Assembly (NCBI GenBank): GCA_965203175.1
Contig: OZ241867.1
Coordinates: forward strand, 5,728,001 to 5,792,000
DNA: 64,000 nucleotides
Direction: 5' to 3'
From: Candidatus Latescibacterota bacterium
GTDB taxonomy: Bacteria > Latescibacterota > UBA2968 > UBA8231
This document shows, piece by piece, positions 55,838 to 64,000 of the stretch (position 1 is the stretch's first letter; every line of letters starts with the position of its first letter). The position numbers and the translations under genes were made by a program. Under the pieces are notes generated by a model, which was not told the origin of the DNA, did no database searches, and saw only the letters and a program-made list of their open reading frames with translations.

Positions 55838-57820
55838 ATGGCTCAAGACGACAAAAAATCACCCGAGCTGATTCCCTCGGACCTCCAATTTGAACCGGGT
55901 TTCAACCTCAAGACCCTGTGGGCCGCGCTGTTTGTCGGCTTCATCATGCTGCCCGGGGCCATCTACTTGGGGTTGGTGACTGGCCAGAGCATGGCCGGCG
56001 GTGCCGAGTGGGTGACGCTCATCCTCTTCATCGAAATCGCCAAGCGCTCCTTTGCGCGCCTGCGCACCCAAGAGGTGATCATTCTCTACTGGGTAGCCGG
56101 CGGCCTAGTCATGATGGGCGGCAAGTTGGGCACAGGAGCCGAACTGTTCGGCGGACCTTTTGGCGGGCTGATCTGGGACCAGTACTTGATCCAATCGCCC
56201 CAAGCCGACGGCTTGCACCAGCACATCCCCGATTGGGTGGTGCCCCCGCGCGGTTCACAAGCCCTAGAGGGACGCTCCTTTTTGCACCCCGACTGGCTCA
56301 AGCCCATCGCCCTGCTGCTGACCGTCATCGTGATGCAGAAGGTCAACAGTCTGTCCTTGGGCTACGTGCTCTTCCGCATCACCAACGACATCGAGCGCCT
56401 GCCGTACCCACTGGCCGCAGTGCAGGCTGGCGGCGCGACCGCCCTCGCCGAGAGTTCGGGACCGAGCCAAGGCTGGCGCTGGGAGGTCTTTAGCATCGGA
56501 GCCTTTATCGGCATTATCTGGGGACTGTTCTACGTAGTCATCCCCACGATCTCGGGCATTTTCTTCACCGAAACCGTGACGATCCTGCCGATTCCGTTTA
56601 TTGACCTGACCGTCTCCCTCAAGGAAATGCTGCCAGCCAGCATCATGGGCATTGGCACGGACCTCGGACACGTCATGGTCGGCTTTGTCCTGCCTTTTTG
56701 GATCGTGGTCGGCTCCTTTGCCGCGGCCTTCCTCGTCAACATCCTCATCAACCCGGTACTCTACTCGTACGACGTGCTGCACACCTGGGAGCCGGGCATG
56801 TCGGCAATCCCAACGCAGATCGCCAATTCCTTCGACTTCTGGCTCAGCTTCTCCATTGGCGGCGCAGTCCTCGTGGCCGTGATGGGTTTTGCCATGGTGG
56901 GCAAGACCCTGTGGACTTTGCGCGGGGTTAAGCGCGAAGGCGACGATAGCGGGCTACCCGCAGGACGCGGTGACATCCCCATCCCCCTCGCCTTGGGCAT
57001 CTGGGCGGTGAGCACGCTCGGCTTTGTGGTCTTGGTGTGGTATTTGGTGCCGGAATTTCCCTGGTGGATCAGTGCGTTCTTCGGCTTTGTGTGGACGCCG
57101 ATTTACTCGTACATCGGCGCGCGCATGATCGGCCTGACCGGCTCGCCGCAAGGGGCGTCCTTCCCCTATCTGCGCGAAGGCTCCTTCTACCTGTCGGGCT
57201 ATCAGGGCGCGGCCGTGTGGTTTGCGCCGATCCCGCTCTTCCAGTGGGGCTACGAAGCCGCGGCCTTCAAGCAATTAGAACTGACCCGCACCCACTTCGG
57301 CAGCATCGTCAAGCTGGCCGGCGTGACCTTGCTAATCATGTTCGTCTGCTCGTTTATATTCTGGTCTTTTATCTGGAAGCTTGGGCCGATTCCCTCGTCG
57401 GCCTATCCCTACGTGCAGAAGTTTTGGCCCTTCCACGCCACCATGCAGGCGTTCTGGGCCAAATCAACGCTCGCCGAGGGCGGCAATGAGCTGATCAGGT
57501 CCATCATTCGCTGGGAATACGTGCTCACGGGCGCGCTGGGCAGCGCGGGAATCTTGGGCGGGCTATCACTCTTGCGCTGGCCGGTCGCCCTGTTCTACGG
57601 CTTCATCGGCGGCGTGGGCGCGTGGCCGCACTTTCTGCTGCCCAACTTCATCGGTGCCTTGCTGGGCCGCTATCACTTGCAGAAGCGCTTTGGCGAAGCC
57701 CGCTGGCGGGCGTACGCGCCAATTCTCTTGGCGGGCTATTCGTGCGGAATGGGATTGGTCGGCATGTCTTCCATCGCGCTGGCGCTGATTTCTAAAGCAG
57801 TGTCGAGCATTGTGTTTTAG
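55838..57820 (+). CDS. OPT-like (oligopeptide transporter-like) polytopic membrane protein
   Basis: Many TM segments; GFNLKTLWAALFVGFIMLPG, DIERLPYPLA, PIPSSAYPY, YAPILLAGYSCG. Confidence 0.75.
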   Translation: MAQDDKKSPELIPSDLQFEPGFNLKTLWAALFVGFIMLPGAIYLGLVTGQSMAGGAEWVTLILFIEIAKRSFARLRTQEVIILYWVAGGLVMMGGKLGTGAELFGGPFGGLIWDQYLIQSPQADGLHQHIPDWVVPPRGSQALEGRSFLHPDWLKPIALLLTVIVMQKVNSLSLGYVLFRITNDIERLPYPLAAVQAGGATALAESSGPSQGWRWEVFSIGAFIGIIWGLFYVVIPTISGIFFTETVTILPIPFIDLTVSLKEMLPASIMGIGTDLGHVMVGFVLPFWIVVGSFAAAFLVNILINPVLYSYDVLHTWEPGMSAIPTQIANSFDFWLSFSIGGAVLVAVMGFAMVGKTLWTLRGVKREGDDSGLPAGRGDIPIPLALGIWAVSTLGFVVLVWYLVPEFPWWISAFFGFVWTPIYSYIGARMIGLTGSPQGASFPYLREGSFYLSGYQGAAVWFAPIPLFQWGYEAAAFKQLELTRTHFGSIVKLAGVTLLIMFVCSFIFWSFIWKLGPIPSSAYPYVQKFWPFHATMQAFWAKSTLAEGGNELIRSIIRWEYVLTGALGSAGILGGLSLLRWPVALFYGFIGGVGAWPHFLLPNFIGALLGRYHLQKRFGEARWRAYAPILLAGYSCGMGLVGMSSIALALISKAVSSIVF

Positions 57821-57846
57821 GCTTTGGGTGTGCAACATCAGGTTGC

Positions 57847-57896
57847 AAAATGCCCCCTTTTTCGTACGTATAATGCACGAAAAAGGGGGCATTTTT
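57847..57896. terminator. Bidirectional terminator hairpin between convergent genes
   Basis: AAAATGCCCCCTTTTTCGT...ACGAAAAAGGGGGCATTTT, 19-bp arms. Confidence 0.9.
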
Positions 57897-57902
57897 ATTC
57901 CT

Positions 57903-58946
57903 TTAACCACTCACCTCAACCCCCACCTTCGCCGCACCCGCCACAATCTGCGCCCACGTCTCATCCTCTATAAAGATTCCCTCCACCTGCCGCTTCTCTG
58001 CCATCGCCCGCTCGCTATCTCCAGGCATCAAGATCGCCTCAACTCCCGGTGCAGTGGCTGCGGATTTGACAAACTCGATATACGTGTCGGCCTCGGCGAA
58101 ATAAGCGTCTAATCCCACCAGCTTTTCCACATCGAGTACCAACAGCAATGCCCCGTTGCGGAAGCGCCGATCCTGGGCGAGGCACCCAGCTCCGGCCAAC
58201 GCACCAGCCAACAACTCAACCGCCACATTCAGACCGTAGCCCTTGTGACCGAGACTGCCGCCCAAGGGCAGGATGGTGCCGGGCGGATCGGCGTACAGGG
58301 TGTTGGGATCGTTGGTCGGCTGGCCTTCGGCGTCGAGCAGCCAGCCGTCGGGCACTTCGGCACCGCGATTGCGCTGCACCCGCACCTTGCCCTCGGCGAC
58401 CGCCGACGTGGTCATGTCGAGGACGACCGACGGGCCGCTGCGCGACGGAAACGCCATGGCGATTGGATTGGTGCCGTGCCGGGCCTCGCGCCCGCCCCAC
58501 GGAGCCATGCGGCAGGTCGGCGCACCATTGACAAACATCAGGGCAATAGCAGTCTCCTCCGCAATGCGCTCCACATAGCTGCCGAGGCGGCCGATGTGAT
58601 TGGCTTGGCGGACGGAGATAGCGGCCATACCCGTGGCCTGTGCCTTCTCCAAACCCATATCCACGCCGCGACTCATCGCCACCTGCCCAAAGCCCCAATG
58701 CGCGTCGAGCACGGCGAGCGTCGGAGCCTCGTGAACCACTTCGACAGCGGCGTCTGGCACAATATCGCCAGCTTCGACTTGTCCCAAGTACTGGGGGATG
58801 CGGATGACGCCGTGCGAATCGTGGCCGACAAGATTGGCCTCGACGAGCAATTCGGCAACCACGCGCGCCTCGTCAGCGCGCATACCAGCCGCGGCAAAAA
58901 TGGAGGCGGTGGTTTCGGTCAAGGACGCTGGAGAAAAGACCGGCAT
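57903..58946 (-). CDS. Ldh_2 family oxidoreductase (malate/L-lactate/sulfolactate dehydrogenase-like)
   Basis: Start re-set to MPVFSP; GHDSHG, NHIGRLG, GTNPIA, LDMTTS, GHKGYGL, MPG. Confidence 0.92.
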   Translation of the reverse strand: MPVFSPASLTETTASIFAAAGMRADEARVVAELLVEANLVGHDSHGVIRIPQYLGQVEAGDIVPDAAVEVVHEAPTLAVLDAHWGFGQVAMSRGVDMGLEKAQATGMAAISVRQANHIGRLGSYVERIAEETAIALMFVNGAPTCRMAPWGGREARHGTNPIAMAFPSRSGPSVVLDMTTSAVAEGKVRVQRNRGAEVPDGWLLDAEGQPTNDPNTLYADPPGTILPLGGSLGHKGYGLNVAVELLAGALAGAGCLAQDRRFRNGALLLVLDVEKLVGLDAYFAEADTYIEFVKSAATAPGVEAILMPGDSERAMAEKRQVEGIFIEDETWAQIVAGAAKVGVEVSG

Positions 58947-59383
58947 TACTCTTTCGCTCCGCTGGCGATCCACGCGCGGATTATCTCCACCTGCTCTGCA
59001 GGCAACGGATTGCCCGGCGGCATTTGCTGGCTGATGATTTCGTCGTCGCCGCGCACCTTCAGGAGCAGGTACGACTCGTCGGGATTGCCCGGGTCGACGA
59101 GCAGGAAACCGGACCTCTGCTCGCTGGCGACGCCGACGATGCGAGTAGCAAAGTCGCCCTCCAGCGACAAACCGGCCGCGGGATCCCCGCCGCTGTGGCA
59201 ACCCGAAAAGGCGCAACTGATCGCAAAGACCTCGCTGACCTGTGCCAAGCTAGCCTCGGTAAGTTGGCCTGCGCCGTCCAACCCGTCCGGTCCCACCGTC
59301 GAGTCATCGCCCCCGCAACTGGCCCACAACAGAGCCGCGGTTAACAGCAGCGACAGACGCATAAGTCGTAGCAACATATTCAT
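58946..59383 (-). CDS. Small lipoprotein, c-type cytochrome-like (CX4CH)
   Basis: Lipobox WASC; SCAFSGCH; LVDPGNPDESYLLLK; QMPP; IRAWIASGA. Confidence 0.75.
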   Translation of the reverse strand: MNMLLRLMRLSLLLTAALLWASCGGDDSTVGPDGLDGAGQLTEASLAQVSEVFAISCAFSGCHSGGDPAAGLSLEGDFATRIVGVASEQRSGFLLVDPGNPDESYLLLKVRGDDEIISQQMPPGNPLPAEQVEIIRAWIASGAKE

Positions 59384-59426
59384 ACCCCTCGTAGCAGTTG
59401 GTGTTTACGCGGTAAAACGCGGCGCA

Positions 59427-59455
59427 AGTATATAAATCGCCCTTTGGGAGGTCAA
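59427..59455 (-). promoter_or_regulatory. Putative sigma70-type promoter
   Basis: TTGACC-17 nt-TATACT on the minus strand. Confidence 0.65.
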
Positions 59456-59464
59456 TCTCCCCAG

Positions 59465-59493
59465 GTGACACACCTTCGCTAAAGTGTTAAATT
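59465..59493 (+). promoter_or_regulatory. Putative sigma70-type promoter with extended -10
   Basis: GTGACA-17 nt-TAAATT with TGn. Confidence 0.5.
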
Positions 59494-59541
59494 CGCAGGC
59501 TGTTCAGATTTTTCGCCCCTGCAACCACCACAGGAGTACGC

Positions 59542-61083
59542 ATGCACCTGAGTTGGATTGACTACGCCATCGTCCTCGTCTATGTCGGCGGCACCATCGT
59601 CGCCGGCACGTTGGCGCGAGGTGCCATCAAGGGCATCTCTGACTTCCTCGTCGCCGGCCGCGGCCTCAAAACCCACATGGCCGTCGCCACTATGGTCTCG
59701 ACCGGCCTCGGGCTGGTCACAGTCATGTACATGGCCGAGGAGGGCTTTAAATACGGCTTTGTGCCCTTCGTCTTTGGCCTCATGGCCCTGATCACCACCC
59801 TGATCATCGGCCGCACGGGCTTCATCGTCAGCCGCCTGCGCCATTTGCAGGTAATGACCGTGCCCGAGTTCTACGAACTCAAGTACACGCGCGGCGTGCG
59901 CCTGCTCGGCGGCATCATCCTCGCCCTCGCCGGCACCCTCAACATGGGGCTTTTTCCCATCCTCGGCAGCAAGTTCGTCGTCGGCTTCACCGGCCTCGAC
60001 AAGGAATACGTCAACTACGTCATGATCGGCATGTTGCTCATCGTCGTCTTCTACACGCTGATGGGCGGCATGGTCTCGGTGGTGCTAACGGACTTTGCCC
60101 AGTTCGTGCTGCTGTCATTGGGATTTTTCTTCGGCACGTATGTCATTCTCAATCACCCGCAACTCGGCTGGGACAACCTCGTCCAAACCGTGCAAGTCCA
60201 CAAAGGCGACATCGGCTTTGACCCCATAGCCAACCCCGACTACGGCATCTCAATGATCTCGTTTTTATTTTTTGTCGGTTTGGTCGGCGTGGTATGGCAA
60301 CCCGAAATGATGCGGCCGCTGAGTGCCGAAAGCCCCAAGGTGGCCCGCCGCGTGTTTTGGATCGCCGCAGCCACAGTCATGGGACGGGCGATGGTGCCGA
60401 TGTTTTGGGGCATCGCAGCGCTGGCTTACTTTGGCAACCCCGAGGCCGACCCCCACTACGCCATGCCCGAAATGCTCGGCAAAATCCTGCCCATCGGCAT
60501 AGCTGGTCTGCTCATGGCCGGGATGTTCGCCGCCTTCATGTCCACCCACGACAGCTACCTGCTGGCCTGGAGCGGCGTCATCGTCCGCGATGTGGTCTCG
60601 CCGATCAAGGCCATGCTCGCCAAGTCGAGGGGTGGGCGCGAGGCAGACGGCACTTGGGGGGGGCTGTCGAGCGAGCGCGAGATCTACTGGACCCGGGCCA
60701 TCGTCGTCATCCTCGCCGCCTTCTTGGCCATTTTCGGCGCGCTCTACCAGCTTCCCGAGACGGCTTTCCGCTTTATGTACGTCACCGGCACCATCTACTT
60801 CGCCGGCTGCGTCGGCACCGTGGCCTTGGGGCTGTACTGGAAAAAGGCCAATACCCCGGGTGCGTACTGCGCCCTGATACTGGGCGCGCTGGTGCCGCTC
60901 AACTTCCTGATCATGAACGAAAATCAGCACTTGGTACCCGAGTTTTTGTTGCCGTTAGTCGAAAACTCCAATCTCGTCGGGATTACCAGCCTAGCCTTGG
61001 GCGGCCTCGCCATGCTGGTCGTCGCCTCGCTCACGCAGCGCTCGCATCCGCCTCGTCCCCTAGACTTTAGCAACATGGAGTAG
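59542..61083 (+). CDS. Sodium:solute symporter (SSF) family protein
   Basis: DFLVAGRGL, MTVPEFYELKY, YTLMGGMVSVVLTDFAQF, AGMFAAFMSTHDS, GLYWKKAN. Confidence 0.93.
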   Translation: MHLSWIDYAIVLVYVGGTIVAGTLARGAIKGISDFLVAGRGLKTHMAVATMVSTGLGLVTVMYMAEEGFKYGFVPFVFGLMALITTLIIGRTGFIVSRLRHLQVMTVPEFYELKYTRGVRLLGGIILALAGTLNMGLFPILGSKFVVGFTGLDKEYVNYVMIGMLLIVVFYTLMGGMVSVVLTDFAQFVLLSLGFFFGTYVILNHPQLGWDNLVQTVQVHKGDIGFDPIANPDYGISMISFLFFVGLVGVVWQPEMMRPLSAESPKVARRVFWIAAATVMGRAMVPMFWGIAALAYFGNPEADPHYAMPEMLGKILPIGIAGLLMAGMFAAFMSTHDSYLLAWSGVIVRDVVSPIKAMLAKSRGGREADGTWGGLSSEREIYWTRAIVVILAAFLAIFGALYQLPETAFRFMYVTGTIYFAGCVGTVALGLYWKKANTPGAYCALILGALVPLNFLIMNENQHLVPEFLLPLVENSNLVGITSLALGGLAMLVVASLTQRSHPPRPLDFSNME

Positions 61084-61088
61084 TGTAA

Positions 61089-61268
61089 ATGGACGTCGAA
61101 ACTTGGAAAGTCCTGTGGCAAATCGTCTTTATCGCCGCCAGCGTCCTCTTTTACGGCATTGTCATCGCCGTCGCCTACAAGGCCTTTGGCGACGTGGTCA
61201 AGATGATCCGCAACATGGCCGCCGGCCGCGGGGCCAGCGAAGCCGCCGCTGACTCCGAGCGCGCGTGA
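61089..61268 (+). CDS. Small single-TM protein (59 aa), probable SSF accessory subunit; absent from the ORF track
   Basis: MDVETWKVLWQIVFIAASVLFYGIVIAVAYKAFGDVVKMIRNMAAGRGASEAAADSERA*; GGAG RBS; GTGA overlap with the next gene. Confidence 0.75.
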   Translation: MDVETWKVLWQIVFIAASVLFYGIVIAVAYKAFGDVVKMIRNMAAGRGASEAAADSERA

Positions 61269-62863
61269 CGCGGCGCACCCTCTTGGGAGCTGCTTTAGCG
61301 TGCCTGTGGGCCGCGCTGGGCCGCGCCGAGGTGCAGTTTGTCGAGGTGGCAGCCGAGGCCGGAATCGCCTTTCGCCATCAGAATGGAGCCAAGGGACAAA
61401 AGTATCCAATGGAGACCATGGGCTCGGGCACGGCCTTTTTCGACTACGATGGCGACGGGTGGCTCGACCTATACTTCGTCAACAGCGTCGGACCGGGCGC
61501 ACTCTACCGCAACGCGAGCGCCGGTCAGTTCACCAATGCAACCGACCAAGCCGGCGTAGCCAATTCGGGCTACGGGTTGGGCTGTGCCGCAGCCGACTAC
61601 GACTCAGACGGCGACTTGGACTTGTACATCACTGCCTACGGCCCCAATATCCTCTACCGCAACGAGGGCACTAGCCGGTTCGCCGATGTCACCGACCAAG
61701 CTGGCGTGGCCGGGCCAGTCCTAGTCAATCCAGCGATGAGTACAGGCGCGGCCTTTGCCGACTACGATTTGGACGGCGACTTGGATTTCTTCGTCGCCAA
61801 TTACGCCAAGTTTCGCCCCGAGATACACGAGCCCTGCATCCGCTCCGGCGGGATTGCGGTGTACTGCGGGCCAGAGGCCTTTGAGCCGCAGCGCGACGTG
61901 TTTTATCGCAACGCAGGCGACGCTACTTTTGCCGATGTCACCGAGGAAGCCGGGCTGCTGTCGGATGCCGCCAAGGAATTAGGGGCCTTTTTCATCGACT
62001 ACGATGCAGACGGCGATCTCGACCTGTACGCGGCTGGCGACCGCACCCCTAACTTGCTCTACCGCAACGACGGCGGCCGCTTTGCCGAGATCGGCGCTTT
62101 AGCCGGGGTCGCTTACAACGACGCGGGCAAGCCGCTGGCCGGCATGGGGGTTGACGTGGGCGACTACGATGGCGACGGCCGGTTTGACTTCTTCGTCACC
62201 AATTACCAGTGGGAAACCAACAGCCTGTACCGCAACCTCGGCAACGGGTTTTTCGCCGACGTGACCTTTCAGTCCGGGCTAGGGGTCCCCAGCTTGCAGT
62301 TCCTCGCGTGGGGCACCCTCTTCATCGACTACGACAATGACGGCGACCGCGACCTGTTTGTCGCCAACGGCCACCTCGACGACAACATCCACCTGTTCGA
62401 CGCCGTGACGTATGAGCAGCAAAACCAACTCTTCCGCAATCAGGAGGGACGCTTTGCCGACGTGAGCAATCAGGTGGGACCGGGCTTGCTGTTGCGGCAA
62501 GTGAGCCGCGGCGCGGCCATGGGCGATTACGACAACGACGGCGACCTCGATATCTCAGTAGCCAACAACAACCAGCCAGCCGCCCTCTTGCGCAACGACG
62601 GCGGCAACTCCCAGCACTATTTGAGCTTGCGGTTGGTTGGGGACTCCGTCGGGGCCGAGATCCGCGTTGCCGCGGGCGACTGGGTCCGGTGGGATGTGGT
62701 GCGCGCCGGATCGAGCTACATGTGCCAAAGCGCACTGCGCCCCTTTTTCGGGTTGGGAGATCGCACCCGCGTCGACGAGGTGGAAATCCATTGGCCCAGC
62801 GGCACTGTGCAGCGCTTACAAGACGTCGCAGCCGACCAGATCCTGACTGTGTACGAGCCTTGA
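61265..62863 (+). CDS. ASPIC/UnbV FG-GAP (CRTAC1-like) secreted protein
   Basis: Signal peptide; ETMGSGTAFFDYDGDG; YCGPEAF; NYQWETNSLY; FFGLG..WPSG. Confidence 0.92.
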   Translation: MTRRTLLGAALACLWAALGRAEVQFVEVAAEAGIAFRHQNGAKGQKYPMETMGSGTAFFDYDGDGWLDLYFVNSVGPGALYRNASAGQFTNATDQAGVANSGYGLGCAAADYDSDGDLDLYITAYGPNILYRNEGTSRFADVTDQAGVAGPVLVNPAMSTGAAFADYDLDGDLDFFVANYAKFRPEIHEPCIRSGGIAVYCGPEAFEPQRDVFYRNAGDATFADVTEEAGLLSDAAKELGAFFIDYDADGDLDLYAAGDRTPNLLYRNDGGRFAEIGALAGVAYNDAGKPLAGMGVDVGDYDGDGRFDFFVTNYQWETNSLYRNLGNGFFADVTFQSGLGVPSLQFLAWGTLFIDYDNDGDRDLFVANGHLDDNIHLFDAVTYEQQNQLFRNQEGRFADVSNQVGPGLLLRQVSRGAAMGDYDNDGDLDISVANNNQPAALLRNDGGNSQHYLSLRLVGDSVGAEIRVAAGDWVRWDVVRAGSSYMCQSALRPFFGLGDRTRVDEVEIHWPSGTVQRLQDVAADQILTVYEP

Positions 62864-62935
62864 TCGAGGCGGCATTGCACGAGCACACCCTAGGTATTGT
62901 ATTTATACCCCGTCCTTAAAAGAGGAGACCGCATC

Positions 62936-63751
62936 ATGCAAGCCCTTGCCACTTTTGACGATGCACACCACGAGCAGTTCATGGATCAAGGCTACGTGCG
63001 GCTGGGCAAAGTCCTGTCCCAGGACGAATTGGCCGCCTTGCAGCAACGCATCGACGACATCATGCTGGGCCGCGTCCGCTACGAACACATGCGCTTACAG
63101 GTCGTCGAAGAGGACGGCGAAGTGCGCCGCACCATGGGCAACCAGGTGCAGACGCTCGCGTACCGGCGCATCGACGACCTAGAGCAAGACCCGCTCTTCC
63201 TCGCCTATATTCAGCATCCGCTCTTCCACCAGATTACCCGCCGCTACATCGGCGAGGAAGTCTCGGTCTTCCGCTCGATGTTTATGAACAAACCGCCCGA
63301 ACTCCGCCGCGGGTTGCCCTGGCATCAGGACGTGGGAATTGGCTGGCGCATCGACACCAATCCCATCGTCACCGTGTGGACGGCGCTCGACGAGGCGACC
63401 ACTGCCACCGGCTGTATGCAGATCGTGCCGGGCAGCAACAAGCACGGCATCATCAACGAGCGGCATTTTCTCCCCGCCGAGCAAGAGCCCCAATACACAC
63501 CCCCGGAGGCGGTGATCGACTTGGAAGCCGAGGCAGGGGAGGCCATTCTACTGCACAATTTCCTGCTGCATCGCTCTGGGCCCAACTCCACCACGTCGGC
63601 CCGCCGCGCTTTCAGCGTAACCTATATGGACTCCAAAACCCGCTCCCGGGAAACCGGCCAAACCTTTCCCGTGGTCTTCGGCACACAGGCGCTGGACCCG
63701 GCGACGGTAGATGGCAAACCAGCCGAATTGGTCGCCAAGTTTCACGGCTGA
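62936..63751 (+). CDS. Phytanoyl-CoA dioxygenase (PhyH) family Fe(II)/2OG oxygenase
   Basis: GAGGAG RBS; WHQD, TVWTALD..GCMQIVPGS, LLHRSGPN..RR. Confidence 0.92.
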   Translation: MQALATFDDAHHEQFMDQGYVRLGKVLSQDELAALQQRIDDIMLGRVRYEHMRLQVVEEDGEVRRTMGNQVQTLAYRRIDDLEQDPLFLAYIQHPLFHQITRRYIGEEVSVFRSMFMNKPPELRRGLPWHQDVGIGWRIDTNPIVTVWTALDEATTATGCMQIVPGSNKHGIINERHFLPAEQEPQYTPPEAVIDLEAEAGEAILLHNFLLHRSGPNSTTSARRAFSVTYMDSKTRSRETGQTFPVVFGTQALDPATVDGKPAELVAKFHG

Positions 63752-63768
63752 TTCTCTCGCGCTAGCTA

Positions 63769-64000
63769 ATGTCACCAACACCCGAGCAGACCGTGCCTAA
63801 GGAGTCAGACGCAGTACCGGCTTTTACTGCCAAATCCGTGCTAGTCGGATGCGCCGGAGCCTTCAGCGTGTCGGCTGGGGCCGCCTACGGCACCCTCTAC
63901 TTACACGGCTCCTTTATGGCTCTGGGCACCAGTATGCCTGGAGCGGTGTTCATCCTCTTCCTACTGACCCTTTTTATCAATCCCCTGCTCAAGCTCGTAC
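63769..64000 (+). CDS. Third DUF6785-type membrane protein, N-terminal part; runs off the window edge
   Basis: MSPTPEQ...FTAKSVLVG...YGTLYLHGSFMALGTSMPGAVFILFLLTLFINPLLK parallels the N-termini of 25773-27683 and 53924-55834. Confidence 0.75.
   Translation, partial: MSPTPEQTVPKESDAVPAFTAKSVLVGCAGAFSVSAGAAYGTLYLHGSFMALGTSMPGAVFILFLLTLFINPLLKLV

Noticed and set aside
1-64000. tRNA, rRNA, prophage or defence genes
   Set aside because: No cloverleaf or rRNA signatures in the short intergenic gaps, and no phage, nuclease or toxin motifs recognised.

Overview
GC-rich bacterial chromosome segment densely packed with about 45 CDS. No rRNA, tRNA, CRISPR array, transposase or integrase was recognised. 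The gene content resembles Latescibacterota/Poribacteria-like FCB-related bacteria (inference): six ASPIC/UnbV-FG-GAP (CRTAC1-like) beta-propeller genes, TPR proteins, three PpiC/SurA-like lipoproteins, FlgD-Ig-tailed secreted proteins, proteins ending in a (T/S)WGxxK tail, and three DUF6785-type membrane proteins. Three items stand out. (1) A ~23 kb plus-strand cluster (34793-57820) looks like an uncharacterised envelope-spanning machine. It encodes four paralogous FlgD/CHU_C-tailed secreted proteins in A-B-A-B order, a candidate outer-membrane barrel, a chaperone lipoprotein, another lipoprotein, a giant degenerate-M28 (nicastrin/nicalin-like)-FtsX fusion and two mutually related OPT/DUF6785-like membrane proteins, with no ATPase. 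(2) A eukaryote-like ether-lipid gene pair: an alkyl-DHAP synthase and a DHRS7B/PexRAP-like SDR. (3) That pair is split by a 942-bp higher-GC single-gene insert flanked by a 173-bp direct repeat, leaving both genes intact. All family assignments come from motif recognition by eye; no searches were run.
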